Of a stretch of DNA of 64,000 nt, positions 19,341-28,744 are shown in pieces. Source of the DNA: a virus. Taxonomy: Duplodnaviria; Caudoviricetes. Each line of letters opens with the position of its first letter. The first letter of the stretch is position 1. The translations under genes were made by a program, and so were the position numbers. The notes beneath the pieces were generated by a model, which made no database searches, was not told where the DNA came from, and was given only the letters and a program-made list of their open reading frames with translations. The stretch lies in the IMG/VR virus record IMGVR_UViG_3300031998_000070, positions 3,713 to 67,712 of that record, one strand, 5' to 3'.

Positions 19341-19374
19341 AAAGATTTTTTAATTAAAAGAGGAGGAAAATATT

Positions 19375-20733
19375 ATGCCATTATTTGATGCGAAACTTTT
19401 TAATGGTGAGGTATTTCAGAAGTATGTAGATAGAATACCGAACACCAAGTTAAATGAACTTGTTAAATCAAGTGCAATTAGACAGAGACCTGACTTGGCT
19501 TCAGCAATGTCAGACCAGGTAGGTGGAAACTACATTACAACACCTTTAACAGGACTTATTTCAGGTTCAGTGCCTTTGAACTATGATGGACAGACAGATA
19601 TTACATCACAGTCAACAAAGACATTTAGTCATTCCAGAGTAGTTGTTGGTCGTGCAAACGCATGGACAGAGAAAGACTTCTCATATGACATTACAGGTGG
19701 AGTTGACTTCATGGAGAACGTAGCACAGCAGATTTCAGAGTATTGGGATGAAATCGACCAGGATACAATCGTTTGCATTATGCAGGGTATCTTTGCAATG
19801 GCAGACCCCGAAGGTGCTAAGTTCGTAAAGAAGCATACACATGATGTATCAGCACTTACCAATAGTGAGGGTAAGGTTGGACTTATGGATGCAACTACAC
19901 TCAACACAGCGATCCAGAAGGCTTGTGGAGATAACAAAGGTAAGTTCTCAATGGCAATTATGCACTCAAAGGTAGCAACAAACCTTGAGAACCTTAAGGT
20001 ACTTGTTTATTTGAAATTCAACGATGCAAACGGCATGGAGAGAGAACTCAACTTGGCTACACTCAATGGTAGACTTGTTCTTATCGACGATTCAATGCCT
20101 ACAGCAGAAGTTGAGAAGACAGCTGGTGTTTACACAGTGACAGTTGGTGGAAGCCCTGCAACAGGTGAGAAATACACAGTAGCAAGTGGCTCATTTACAG
20201 TAGCTGGAACACAGACAGCAACAGCAGTTGCAACAGGACTTGCAGCAGCACTTGCAAGTGATCCTACATACACAGTAACACGTGATGGAGCAGTTCTTAC
20301 ACTTACAGAGAAATCTGGACAGTATGGTGCAGGCGTTCCTGTTACAGCATCTGAAGGTGTTGGAACAAGCGTAGCAGGTGGAACACTTACAGCAGCAACT
20401 GACACACCTGCAGAAGTAGCTACATCTTATACAACTTATGTATTTGGTGATGGAGCTATTGAGTATACAGATTGCAAGGCTAAGGTACCTTACGAGATGT
20501 TCAGAGATCCTAAGACAAACGGTGGTCAGGACACACTTTACTCACGTCAGAGAAAGTGCTTTGCACCTTATGGTATTTCCTTCACAAAGGCTTACATGGC
20601 TACACTTTCACCCACAAATGCAGAGCTTAAGATGGGTGCTAACTGGGAGCTTGTTAACAGCAATGAAGCTGGAGCAAAGGAATACATCAGTGACAAGGCA
20701 ATCCCGATCGCACAGATCATTTCACTTGGCTGA
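19375..20733 (+). CDS. major capsid protein with an inserted Thr/Ala/Gly-rich domain
   Basis: FDAKLFNGEVF, GRANAWTEKDF, LNGRLVLIDDSMP and GGQDTLYSRQR; position after the scaffold gene. Confidence 0.9.
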   Translation: MPLFDAKLFNGEVFQKYVDRIPNTKLNELVKSSAIRQRPDLASAMSDQVGGNYITTPLTGLISGSVPLNYDGQTDITSQSTKTFSHSRVVVGRANAWTEKDFSYDITGGVDFMENVAQQISEYWDEIDQDTIVCIMQGIFAMADPEGAKFVKKHTHDVSALTNSEGKVGLMDATTLNTAIQKACGDNKGKFSMAIMHSKVATNLENLKVLVYLKFNDANGMERELNLATLNGRLVLIDDSMPTAEVEKTAGVYTVTVGGSPATGEKYTVASGSFTVAGTQTATAVATGLAAALASDPTYTVTRDGAVLTLTEKSGQYGAGVPVTASEGVGTSVAGGTLTAATDTPAEVATSYTTYVFGDGAIEYTDCKAKVPYEMFRDPKTNGGQDTLYSRQRKCFAPYGISFTKAYMATLSPTNAELKMGANWELVNSNEAGAKEYISDKAIPIAQIISLG

Positions 20734-20782
20734 TAACAACGTTATATTAAATTGAGTTTATCTTAGAAAGGCGGTAGCATTT

Positions 20783-21205
20783 ATGTATTTAACATATGAT
20801 GAATATAAGAATATGGGTGGTACATTAAATGAGACCGCCTTCACTGATTTCGAGTTTGAGGCTGAGGCAATTATAGACTGGTACACATTCAACCGGTTAC
20901 AGATGGATACTGTTTATCCCGCCAAGCTCAAACAATGTATGTATAAATTGATAAACATGGCTCAGGAAAGACAAGCTTCAATGTCTGCTGGAGAAGGAAG
21001 CGGAGAAATGGCTACCGAATCTACAGCAGCAATTGCATCTAGGTCTAATGATGGAGTTTCAATTAGTTATAACGTAGTAAGTGCTAGCGAATTATTTGAT
21101 AAGTTGAAAAAGGAAATGGGTGATACCGTAAGGCTGTATCTAAATGGTGTTGTGAATGAATTAGGAAGGAAAGTTCTATATAGAGGACTTTACCCAGGTG
21201 AATAA
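20783..21205 (+). CDS. head-tail connector (adaptor)
   Basis: MYLTYDEYKNMGG, IIDWYTFNR, SNDGVSISY, LLYRG-like C-terminus; synteny. Confidence 0.75.
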   Translation: MYLTYDEYKNMGGTLNETAFTDFEFEAEAIIDWYTFNRLQMDTVYPAKLKQCMYKLINMAQERQASMSAGEGSGEMATESTAAIASRSNDGVSISYNVVSASELFDKLKKEMGDTVRLYLNGVVNELGRKVLYRGLYPGE

Positions 21206-21650
21206 TATGAGTTATCCAATATGGTGGGATACATCCTTAACAATTTATAATCAGTATAAAGACCCGGTAACAAAGGTCGTACATTGGATAAGACATACGG
21301 TAGACACTTGTTTCTGGAAATACACCGGCAATAAGGTGACAGTGGGTCAGGTAGAGTTGGAAACAAATACCACAATATGTAGAATTCCTAAGGATGATAG
21401 ATATATGGATAGGTATTTGTGGGAAGCATTACCAAATGACGAGATGCAGAAATATTTCACATTAGGACCTGGAGATATTATTATCAAAGGTAATGTAAAT
21501 GATGAAGTTGATGAACTTGTTAAAGACCACAGATCTACTGACTTAATTGCCAAATATAAACGCCTTCAAGGATGTATTGTAGTGCAGAGATTTACAGATA
21601 ACACAGGCATTGGTAGAAACGATAAGCACTATTATGTGGTAGGTGAATAA
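21198..21650 (+). CDS. head closure (stopper) protein
   Basis: Synteny; FTLGPGDIIIKG...HYYVVGE. Confidence 0.6.
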   Translation: MNNMSYPIWWDTSLTIYNQYKDPVTKVVHWIRHTVDTCFWKYTGNKVTVGQVELETNTTICRIPKDDRYMDRYLWEALPNDEMQKYFTLGPGDIIIKGNVNDEVDELVKDHRSTDLIAKYKRLQGCIVVQRFTDNTGIGRNDKHYYVVGE

Positions 21651-22098
21651 AATGGGTAAGTCAATAGTTACAAAGGTACATATAGATGAAGGAGCCATAC
21701 AAGCAAAGTTAGATGAAGTTGTAAATGATGAAGCAATGTTAGAGATTCACAACTTATTTGCAAAGATGATGGATCCCTATGTACCATTTGGAACAGACTT
21801 AAGCAATTTAGAAGTAACACCGGAGCATGTTCGTTATACCGCACCATATGCACATTATCATTATGAAGGCGAAGTATATGGATTAAATATACCTATTATA
21901 GAGAATGGTATAGTGGTTGGCTGGTTCAGTTTACCAGACGAAAATGGACGAAAACATCCAACAGGAAAACAACTACAGTATACCAAAGCCAAGGCAAGTA
22001 GACACTGGGATGAAGCAATGATGGCGGAAAAGCGTGAAGAGTTTGTAAAGCAAGTACATGACATACTTGCTAGAAGGGCAAGAGATAATGGCGGTTGA
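21643..22098 (+). CDS. minor capsid / neck protein
   Basis: YVPF, VRYTAPYAHYHYEGEVY and HWDEAM. Confidence 0.7.
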   Translation: MNKMGKSIVTKVHIDEGAIQAKLDEVVNDEAMLEIHNLFAKMMDPYVPFGTDLSNLEVTPEHVRYTAPYAHYHYEGEVYGLNIPIIENGIVVGWFSLPDENGRKHPTGKQLQYTKAKASRHWDEAMMAEKREEFVKQVHDILARRARDNGG

Positions 22099-22573
22099 TA
22101 AGACACAAGCAACAATAGAATATTTATTAACGTGTCCAAAGGTAGCAGACTCAGCACTGTATTTCAATTTTATCAATGCTACAGATGAGGATAAGCAATT
22201 CATTACCGAGGCAAACGAGAAGACTTTAAATACACCCTATATAGATGGGTCTGTAGATAAAAGATTTACATTAACAATAATTGACTATCGTTCAATAGCG
22301 TATCAGGAAATGGCGAGATACCAAATTACAGCTAATGAATCTGTAGAAGAATATTTAGATGTGCAATCTTTAATACAGTGGATAGAGGAACAGCAGGATT
22401 TGAAGAACTTCCCAAACTTCGGACCAGATTGCGTAGTAGAGAGAATTGGAACAGCCACTGAGAATCCTAGACTTAATGGTGTAGATACTCAAGCAAACCC
22501 GGTACTTGCCAAATATAGTATATCGATACAGATAGACTATTTGGATAAATCAAAAATGTTATGGAATAATTAA
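22088..22573 (+). CDS. tail terminator-like protein
   Basis: Synteny; ends KYSISIQIDYLD. Confidence 0.55.
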   Translation: MAVDKTQATIEYLLTCPKVADSALYFNFINATDEDKQFITEANEKTLNTPYIDGSVDKRFTLTIIDYRSIAYQEMARYQITANESVEEYLDVQSLIQWIEEQQDLKNFPNFGPDCVVERIGTATENPRLNGVDTQANPVLAKYSISIQIDYLDKSKMLWNN

Positions 22574-22587
22574 AGGAGGAAAATGAT

Positions 22588-23238
22588 ATGCCTAAACAGT
22601 TAAATCTCGATAAGGGCAAAAGAGCCGAAAGAAAAACCCTAGTCACAGTAGCTGAGTGGATGGAATATACCAAACTCACAGCTGAGCCTGCAGATTGGGC
22701 AACTAATTTTACAAGTTACTATGAAAGAATTGATGGTGTTTACACACAGCTTACAGGTTCAGTAGCACCTACATTCTCACAGGGTACATATTACTCAGGA
22801 GAGCAGAATAGAGAGGTACTTGGTACTAGAGTAGAGGATTCAAGTATTGAGCTTAATGCAGACATTGAGACAATGACAGACATTCTCGGAATTACTTATA
22901 CAGATGTTAATAAGACAGAGCCTCAGCAGACACTTGACCCTTCAAACATTATTGGTGGTTCAAAGATTTCTGCATACTTGTATGATGCACTTATTCACAA
23001 TAGAATTACAGATTACAACCAGGCATTCAATGTATATGTAATCTCAGGATTCATGGGTGATGCAACTAATGGTTATGAAGCAGTTAGACATGACCAGTGC
23101 TCAATAATTCCTACATCAGTAGGTGGTTCAAGTTATGTTCAGATGCCTTTGGAGATTCACTTCTCTAACTTGATTACTTCTGGAACAGTAAACAAGCTGG
23201 CAGATGACTTTATTTTTACACCTGATGTTAGCATTTGA
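22588..23238 (+). CDS. major tail protein
   Basis: LGTRVEDSSIELNADIETMTDILG...PLEIHFS; upstream of chaperones and tape measure. Confidence 0.75.
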   Translation: MPKQLNLDKGKRAERKTLVTVAEWMEYTKLTAEPADWATNFTSYYERIDGVYTQLTGSVAPTFSQGTYYSGEQNREVLGTRVEDSSIELNADIETMTDILGITYTDVNKTEPQQTLDPSNIIGGSKISAYLYDALIHNRITDYNQAFNVYVISGFMGDATNGYEAVRHDQCSIIPTSVGGSSYVQMPLEIHFSNLITSGTVNKLADDFIFTPDVSI

Positions 23239-23269
23239 TTGAGAAATAACGAATAGGAGGATATTCAAC

Positions 23270-23851
23270 ATGGCTTATAGAAAAAAGATTATGGACATAG
23301 ACGCACAGACGGTTGCAAATAACACTACCAACACGAAAATTGCGGAGAAAGAGGAGCAGTTAGTAAATAATACATCGGCAGCAGAAACAGAGGTATTTGA
23401 CGGAGATATAGACTTATCTGCAACACGCAAGAAGAGATTTAGAATAGACGGTGACAATAATCGTTATTTAGAACTTAATACATCGGATATGAGTATTATT
23501 ACTCGACTTGATAATCTGTATCCTAAGCTACAGAAGTTATCTCAGGAAGCTTCTTTAAAGCAGCTGGATAAAGATGATACCAAGGATGAAAAAGCTATTA
23601 CAAAGATTTCACAGTCCCTTATGAAAATAGACATACAGATGAGGCAGATACTTGATGAAATTTTTGATAGCAATGTATCCGAAATGTGTGCTCCAAGCGG
23701 TTCAATGTTTGACCCATTTAATGGAGAATTCAGATTCGAACATATTATTGATGTATTAACTAAGCTGTACGAAGCAAATATCAATTCAGAGTTTAAGAAG
23801 ATGGCAGATAGAATGAAAAAGCATACTTCTAAATATACGAAAGGTAGATAA
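23270..23851 (+). CDS. tail assembly chaperone
   Basis: Position between MTP and TMP; RFRIDGD...ELNTSD. Confidence 0.65.
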   Translation: MAYRKKIMDIDAQTVANNTTNTKIAEKEEQLVNNTSAAETEVFDGDIDLSATRKKRFRIDGDNNRYLELNTSDMSIITRLDNLYPKLQKLSQEASLKQLDKDDTKDEKAITKISQSLMKIDIQMRQILDEIFDSNVSEMCAPSGSMFDPFNGEFRFEHIIDVLTKLYEANINSEFKKMADRMKKHTSKYTKGR

Positions 23852-24435
23852 TGTTTGAGATACCGACCTCCATTGAGATAGGCGAGCAATCTTTAGCTAT
23901 TACTAATAAAGGTGATTATAGAATGGTTTTAGATTGCTTCGCCGCAATGAATGATATAGAACTTAATGAAGAAGAAAGAGTATACAGTGCGTTAATAATC
24001 TTTTATGAAGACTTTAATAGTTTACAAGATTTAACGCACTTTGCTCAATTAAACGAAGCAGTTAAAAAGATGTATTGGTTCTTCAACTGCGGTGATGACA
24101 CGGGTGTAGGTGCAAATAAGCACAGAAAATTAATTGATTGGCAAGGCGACCAACAACTAATTGCTTCGGCAGTAAATAAGGTTGCCAATACAGAGATTAG
24201 AACACTTGAATACTTGCACTGGTGGACTTTTATGGGGTATTACTTAGCAATAGGCGAAAGTCCATTGGCTACTATAGTAGGTATTAGAAACAAGATAATG
24301 GAAGGCAAGAAATTAGAAAAACACGAACAAAAATTTAGAAGTGATAACCCACAATATTTCATCTGGGATAACAAGAGTCTCGCTGATAAAGAAGCTGAAG
24401 AAGAGATTATGTCCTTGTGGAATAGTGGAGTTTAA
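23851..24435 (+). CDS. A118 gp15-like tail assembly protein
   Basis: DYRMVL, DWQGDQQLIASAV and YLHWWTFMGY. Confidence 0.75.
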   Translation: MFEIPTSIEIGEQSLAITNKGDYRMVLDCFAAMNDIELNEEERVYSALIIFYEDFNSLQDLTHFAQLNEAVKKMYWFFNCGDDTGVGANKHRKLIDWQGDQQLIASAVNKVANTEIRTLEYLHWWTFMGYYLAIGESPLATIVGIRNKIMEGKKLEKHEQKFRSDNPQYFIWDNKSLADKEAEEEIMSLWNSGV

Positions 24436-24453
24436 TCATAGAAAGGTGGGGTA

Positions 24454-27400
24454 ATGACTAGCACTAACGGTGATGTTCAATTAAGTGTAGGCTTATCCGT
24501 AGAAGATGTTACTTCCCAAGCAAAGAAATTATCATCAGAGGTATCCAAGATATTAAATAATGTGGATACGAGCAAGCTCGATAATGCACATAAAAAACTT
24601 CTAGATACTATGACAAAGACTCAATCGGAAGTACGTAAAGTCGGAGACGAGGTAGATAGGCTGTCACAGAAAAAACTTGGAGCAGAAGAGTGGCAACAGG
24701 AACTTGATGCTACCAATGCTGCAATTGCTACCACACGTCAAAAATTATTAGAAGCGCAGATGGCAAAGAAAGCATTGGCAGACCAGCATGTTTCTACCAA
24801 TTCTGAGGAGTGGAGAGAAGCTGAAGCTAACATCGACCATTATCAGGCATTATTACGTACACTTAAAACTGATTTAGAAGAACTTAATAATACTCCTATT
24901 ATTTTTACAGAAGAGGAGAATTCAAGATTAAAAGCAGGAACAGCTAGCTTAGAAGATTTAAACAACAAAGTTAAGCAGCAAGTTACTGCTTTTCAGAGTG
25001 ACGACGAAGCAATAAACAAGGCAACGACAAGCTTCACAGGGTTAACAACTTCTATCAAGAATGGTATTTCACACTTTGGACAATTTGCTAATGCAATGTT
25101 CCGTATATCAGGAATTGGTAATATTGTAGATACATTAAAGAACAAGTTTCAGCAGCTTACTTCAAAGATTAAGGGTGCTGGAAGTGCCGGTCAGAGTTTT
25201 GGAGATAAATTAAAATATGGAATACGCAAGGTACTATCCTATGGACTAGGAATTGCTACCATAACTTCTTTATTTAATAAATTAAGAAGTGCTATGATAT
25301 CTGGATTCCAGACGATGGCGAAATTCAATAATGGTGCTAACGCAGTTAATGTGGCATTGACACAACTTACATCAAGCTTGAACTTAGTAAAAGGTTCTGT
25401 AGCAACTGCATTTGCTCCACTTCTTACAGTAGTAGCACCAATACTCAGCAGCTTTATGCAGCAACTAGCAAATGTTATAACGATGGTAGGAATGTTTATT
25501 GCTAAGTTAACTGGTGCTAAGTCTTATATGAAAGCTACCTTCAAATCAACCGACTATGCAGCAAGTCTTAATAAAGGTGGTGGCGGAGGAACGTCGGCAC
25601 AGGAAAAATATGAGAAAGCCGTTAAGAAAGCACAAGAGAAATATGATAAGCAAGTAGAGAGAATAACAAAGAGCAATGCTGAGAAAGAAGCAGCTGCTGC
25701 TGAAAAGAATGCAAAGAATCAAGCTAAGGCAGAAGAGAAACAGGCAAAAGCGGCAGAAAAGTTAGCAAAGGCACAAGAGAAAGCTAACAACAAATTAGCA
25801 GCATTTGATGATTTGAATGTATTAGGAATAGAGACAGCCGAAGATGAAGTAGCTGCTTTAGAAGATGTTGAAGAGATACAGGCAAAGTTAGCAGAGATGC
25901 CAGAACTTGAACTTCCTAATTTAGAAGATTATCTAGGAGGTGGCGGAGGCGGAGGTGCCGGAAGTCCTTTCGGATTAGAAGAAGTTCCATTAGATGGACT
26001 TGAATGGGATTGGGACTATATCAAGAATATGGCAGAAAAGCTTGGAAGAGAAATTGCTGATAAGCTTAATAAAATATTCAGCGATGAGAAGTTAGCAAAG
26101 GACATTGGACATTTTATTGCGGAACTTCTCAATACAGCATTAAGGTTTGCTTATGGTTTCATAGACCAGTTAGATTGGCGTCAGATGGGTAGGTGGCTTG
26201 GAACACTTATTAGAGAAGGTATAGAGACATTTGATTGGGGTCTACTCGGACATACATTAGGATTATTACTTAATGGATTAGCAGATACTGTCATTGGATT
26301 CTTTGAAAGATATCCGGTAGGCTTACTTGGTAGCAAGATAGCTGAAATGTTTAATAGAGCAATTCAGACAATAGACCCAGTGAAAATCGGAACAGCAGTA
26401 AGCATGCTATTAAAAGCACCATTGATAGAACTTTCAGAATTCTTTACGAATGCGAATTGGGAATTGCTTGGTAAGAAATTAAAAATATTCATACAGAATG
26501 CGTTCCAGAGTAAGTCCTTAAATGGTGAATCCTTAGGAACCACAGTAGGAACCATGTTAGCAAACGTTATAAATGCAGGAGTAAGATTCTTACTTTCATT
26601 AGAGCCTACAGCAATCATAACGGCATTAATTACATTCTTTACAGAGATATTTAAAGCAGCATTTTCTGGTATTGATTGGTGGGATGTAGCTAAACTCATA
26701 TTCGGTGGACACGGACTCATAGATGCACTAATAACAGGATTCGCACAAGCCATCGCAGAAGTTGCAGCAGCAATAGCAAGTATCTTACCAGAACCTTTAC
26801 AGAAGGCACTAGGATTTGACAGCTTCATGGAAGAATTAAACCTTATACGTGATGGAACTATTTCAGCATTTGATGAAATGGGTGGCGTATATGAAGATTT
26901 GCAGTATAAGTTCAAGCTAGTTGGTGAAGGTGTACAATATAATGCAGACCAGTTGAAATATTTTGCAGAATCTGGGCAATTTACTGGACAGCAGATTGAT
27001 GCTATTATTGGAAAGATGCAAGAGTTCGCACAGAAGAATGGAGAATCATTAGATTTGGCGGCTCTTGGACTTCAAGGTTATAATGGTAAATGGGATTTGT
27101 TCATGGCAGCCCAGAACCTTCGTAACACTGAAATGAATAATGGAATTAAGCAGGTTGCTGATACCACAAAAGCATCTACAGATAGCATGAATGATAAGTT
27201 CATGACAACTGCAGAAAGAGCATCAATATTTGCAAAGCAGAATCAGGATAAGATGGCTCAGGCTACGCAAAGTGTAGATGATTATTCAATTACCACTAAT
27301 ACTTCATTAAGTGGAGTAGAAGACAAATCAGCAGAGACATCAGAAGCTGTTGGAACTATGGCGGAAGAAATAAACACCAATTTAGAGGGTGTAACAGCTG

Positions 27401-28347
27401 GCATGGATGCCTGGTATCAATCATTGGTAGAAACATATTTCAGTTATGATACCTGGACCACATTGTTACAAGATAATATATTACTTGCTATAAATGACTT
27501 CTTCGTAAACTTCTTCGTAAACTTTGATGAGCAGATGCAGACTTGGTGGGATAGTCATGTACTTATATGGTTCACACCTGAGAAATGGAATGCAGATGTG
27601 TTTATTCCTTGGGAGGCTAATCGCAACAAGAAATGGGAAGAACTCATGAAATGGTGGGACGAGAAGATGAAAGACTGGTGGGATAACAAAGTTGTTCCTT
27701 GGTTCAAAGAAGAAAAGTGGAAGGAACAGTTCGAGAAAGTCCACAAGGTTGCTAAGGAAGTTGCTGAAGCTACTCACAAAGATGTTACTGATTTCGCACA
27801 GAAGGTTGAAGACTTTGTTATTGAATCTTGTGATAAGATGATAGACAAGGTTAAAGAGCTTATAGCTGAACTTGAAGAAGTAATTGCGCTTGCCTCACAG
27901 GTTGAAGGACTTGGCGGAGGAGGAAGTCATACTTCTTCATCTGGTAATAGTCATGGTGGAAGCTCTGGTACATTTGGAGGAGGCTCATCACAAGGTGGTG
28001 GCGGAGGCGGTGGAGGCTTCATGCCGAGACTTGAGATAATGCACTTCGAAGATAACTTAGGAATGAGTGCATTCAGATTCCCAGAGCTCGCAACAGGAGC
28101 AGTTATACCACCCAATAATAAGTTCCTTGCAGTATTAGGTGACCAGACAAATGGAACTAATATTGAAACACCTTTGGCAACAATGTTGGATGCATTCAGA
28201 ACAGTTATGGATGAATATATGAATCCTGGTGTAAATAATGTTACAATGGAATTAGACGGAGAGACATTTGCAAGACTTATGTTACCAAAAATGATGGACG
28301 AGATGCACAGACAAGGATATAACACAGAAATAATAGAGGGTATGTAA
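24454..28347 (+). CDS. tape measure protein
   Basis: 1297 aa, helical, W/F periodic repeats, C-terminal PELATGAVIPPN...IETPL. Confidence 0.9.
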   Translation: MTSTNGDVQLSVGLSVEDVTSQAKKLSSEVSKILNNVDTSKLDNAHKKLLDTMTKTQSEVRKVGDEVDRLSQKKLGAEEWQQELDATNAAIATTRQKLLEAQMAKKALADQHVSTNSEEWREAEANIDHYQALLRTLKTDLEELNNTPIIFTEEENSRLKAGTASLEDLNNKVKQQVTAFQSDDEAINKATTSFTGLTTSIKNGISHFGQFANAMFRISGIGNIVDTLKNKFQQLTSKIKGAGSAGQSFGDKLKYGIRKVLSYGLGIATITSLFNKLRSAMISGFQTMAKFNNGANAVNVALTQLTSSLNLVKGSVATAFAPLLTVVAPILSSFMQQLANVITMVGMFIAKLTGAKSYMKATFKSTDYAASLNKGGGGGTSAQEKYEKAVKKAQEKYDKQVERITKSNAEKEAAAAEKNAKNQAKAEEKQAKAAEKLAKAQEKANNKLAAFDDLNVLGIETAEDEVAALEDVEEIQAKLAEMPELELPNLEDYLGGGGGGGAGSPFGLEEVPLDGLEWDWDYIKNMAEKLGREIADKLNKIFSDEKLAKDIGHFIAELLNTALRFAYGFIDQLDWRQMGRWLGTLIREGIETFDWGLLGHTLGLLLNGLADTVIGFFERYPVGLLGSKIAEMFNRAIQTIDPVKIGTAVSMLLKAPLIELSEFFTNANWELLGKKLKIFIQNAFQSKSLNGESLGTTVGTMLANVINAGVRFLLSLEPTAIITALITFFTEIFKAAFSGIDWWDVAKLIFGGHGLIDALITGFAQAIAEVAAAIASILPEPLQKALGFDSFMEELNLIRDGTISAFDEMGGVYEDLQYKFKLVGEGVQYNADQLKYFAESGQFTGQQIDAIIGKMQEFAQKNGESLDLAALGLQGYNGKWDLFMAAQNLRNTEMNNGIKQVADTTKASTDSMNDKFMTTAERASIFAKQNQDKMAQATQSVDDYSITTNTSLSGVEDKSAETSEAVGTMAEEINTNLEGVTAGMDAWYQSLVETYFSYDTWTTLLQDNILLAINDFFVNFFVNFDEQMQTWWDSHVLIWFTPEKWNADVFIPWEANRNKKWEELMKWWDEKMKDWWDNKVVPWFKEEKWKEQFEKVHKVAKEVAEATHKDVTDFAQKVEDFVIESCDKMIDKVKELIAELEEVIALASQVEGLGGGGSHTSSSGNSHGGSSGTFGGGSSQGGGGGGGGFMPRLEIMHFEDNLGMSAFRFPELATGAVIPPNNKFLAVLGDQTNGTNIETPLATMLDAFRTVMDEYMNPGVNNVTMELDGETFARLMLPKMMDEMHRQGYNTEIIEGM

Positions 28348-28348
28348 T

Positions 28349-28741
28349 ATGGTAAGAAAGTATTTAATTATTGATGGAGTTCAATATCCGGTAGCAATCA
28401 CTGAACTAAAAAGGCGTGCTGATATTCTTGATAAGTACGCCTATCGTTCAGAAGATGGACATTTGCACAGAGAAGTAATTGGAACATATCATAATTATGA
28501 TATGAAAATAGCTTGCTATGACAGAGCCTTATATAACAAACTGTTTGATGTGCTGTCAGAACCAACTGCTTATCACCAAGTAATATTTCCACATGATGAC
28601 GTGGCATTTAATGCGTACTTCTCAAGTGTACAGGACCAGATACTTTTAATTGATGAGGACGGCACAAGATACAAAGGACTTTCATGTAAATGTACAGCAA
28701 TGATTCCAAGAAGAACACCGACCAGAAGAGCTGAGGTATAA
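28349..28741 (+). CDS. distal tail protein-like
   Basis: Directly after TMP; RSEDGHLHREVIG. Confidence 0.6.
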   Translation: MVRKYLIIDGVQYPVAITELKRRADILDKYAYRSEDGHLHREVIGTYHNYDMKIACYDRALYNKLFDVLSEPTAYHQVIFPHDDVAFNAYFSSVQDQILLIDEDGTRYKGLSCKCTAMIPRRTPTRRAEV

Positions 28742-28744
28742 ACT

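Noticed and set aside
23820-23860. Programmed frameshift between the two tail chaperone genes
   Set aside because: No clear slippery heptamer; the second gene has its own ATG overlapping the stop.
27494-27525. 12-nt tandem duplication ACTTCTTCGTAA in the tape measure gene
   Set aside because: It is an in-frame FFVN duplication, ordinary for tape measure repeats.
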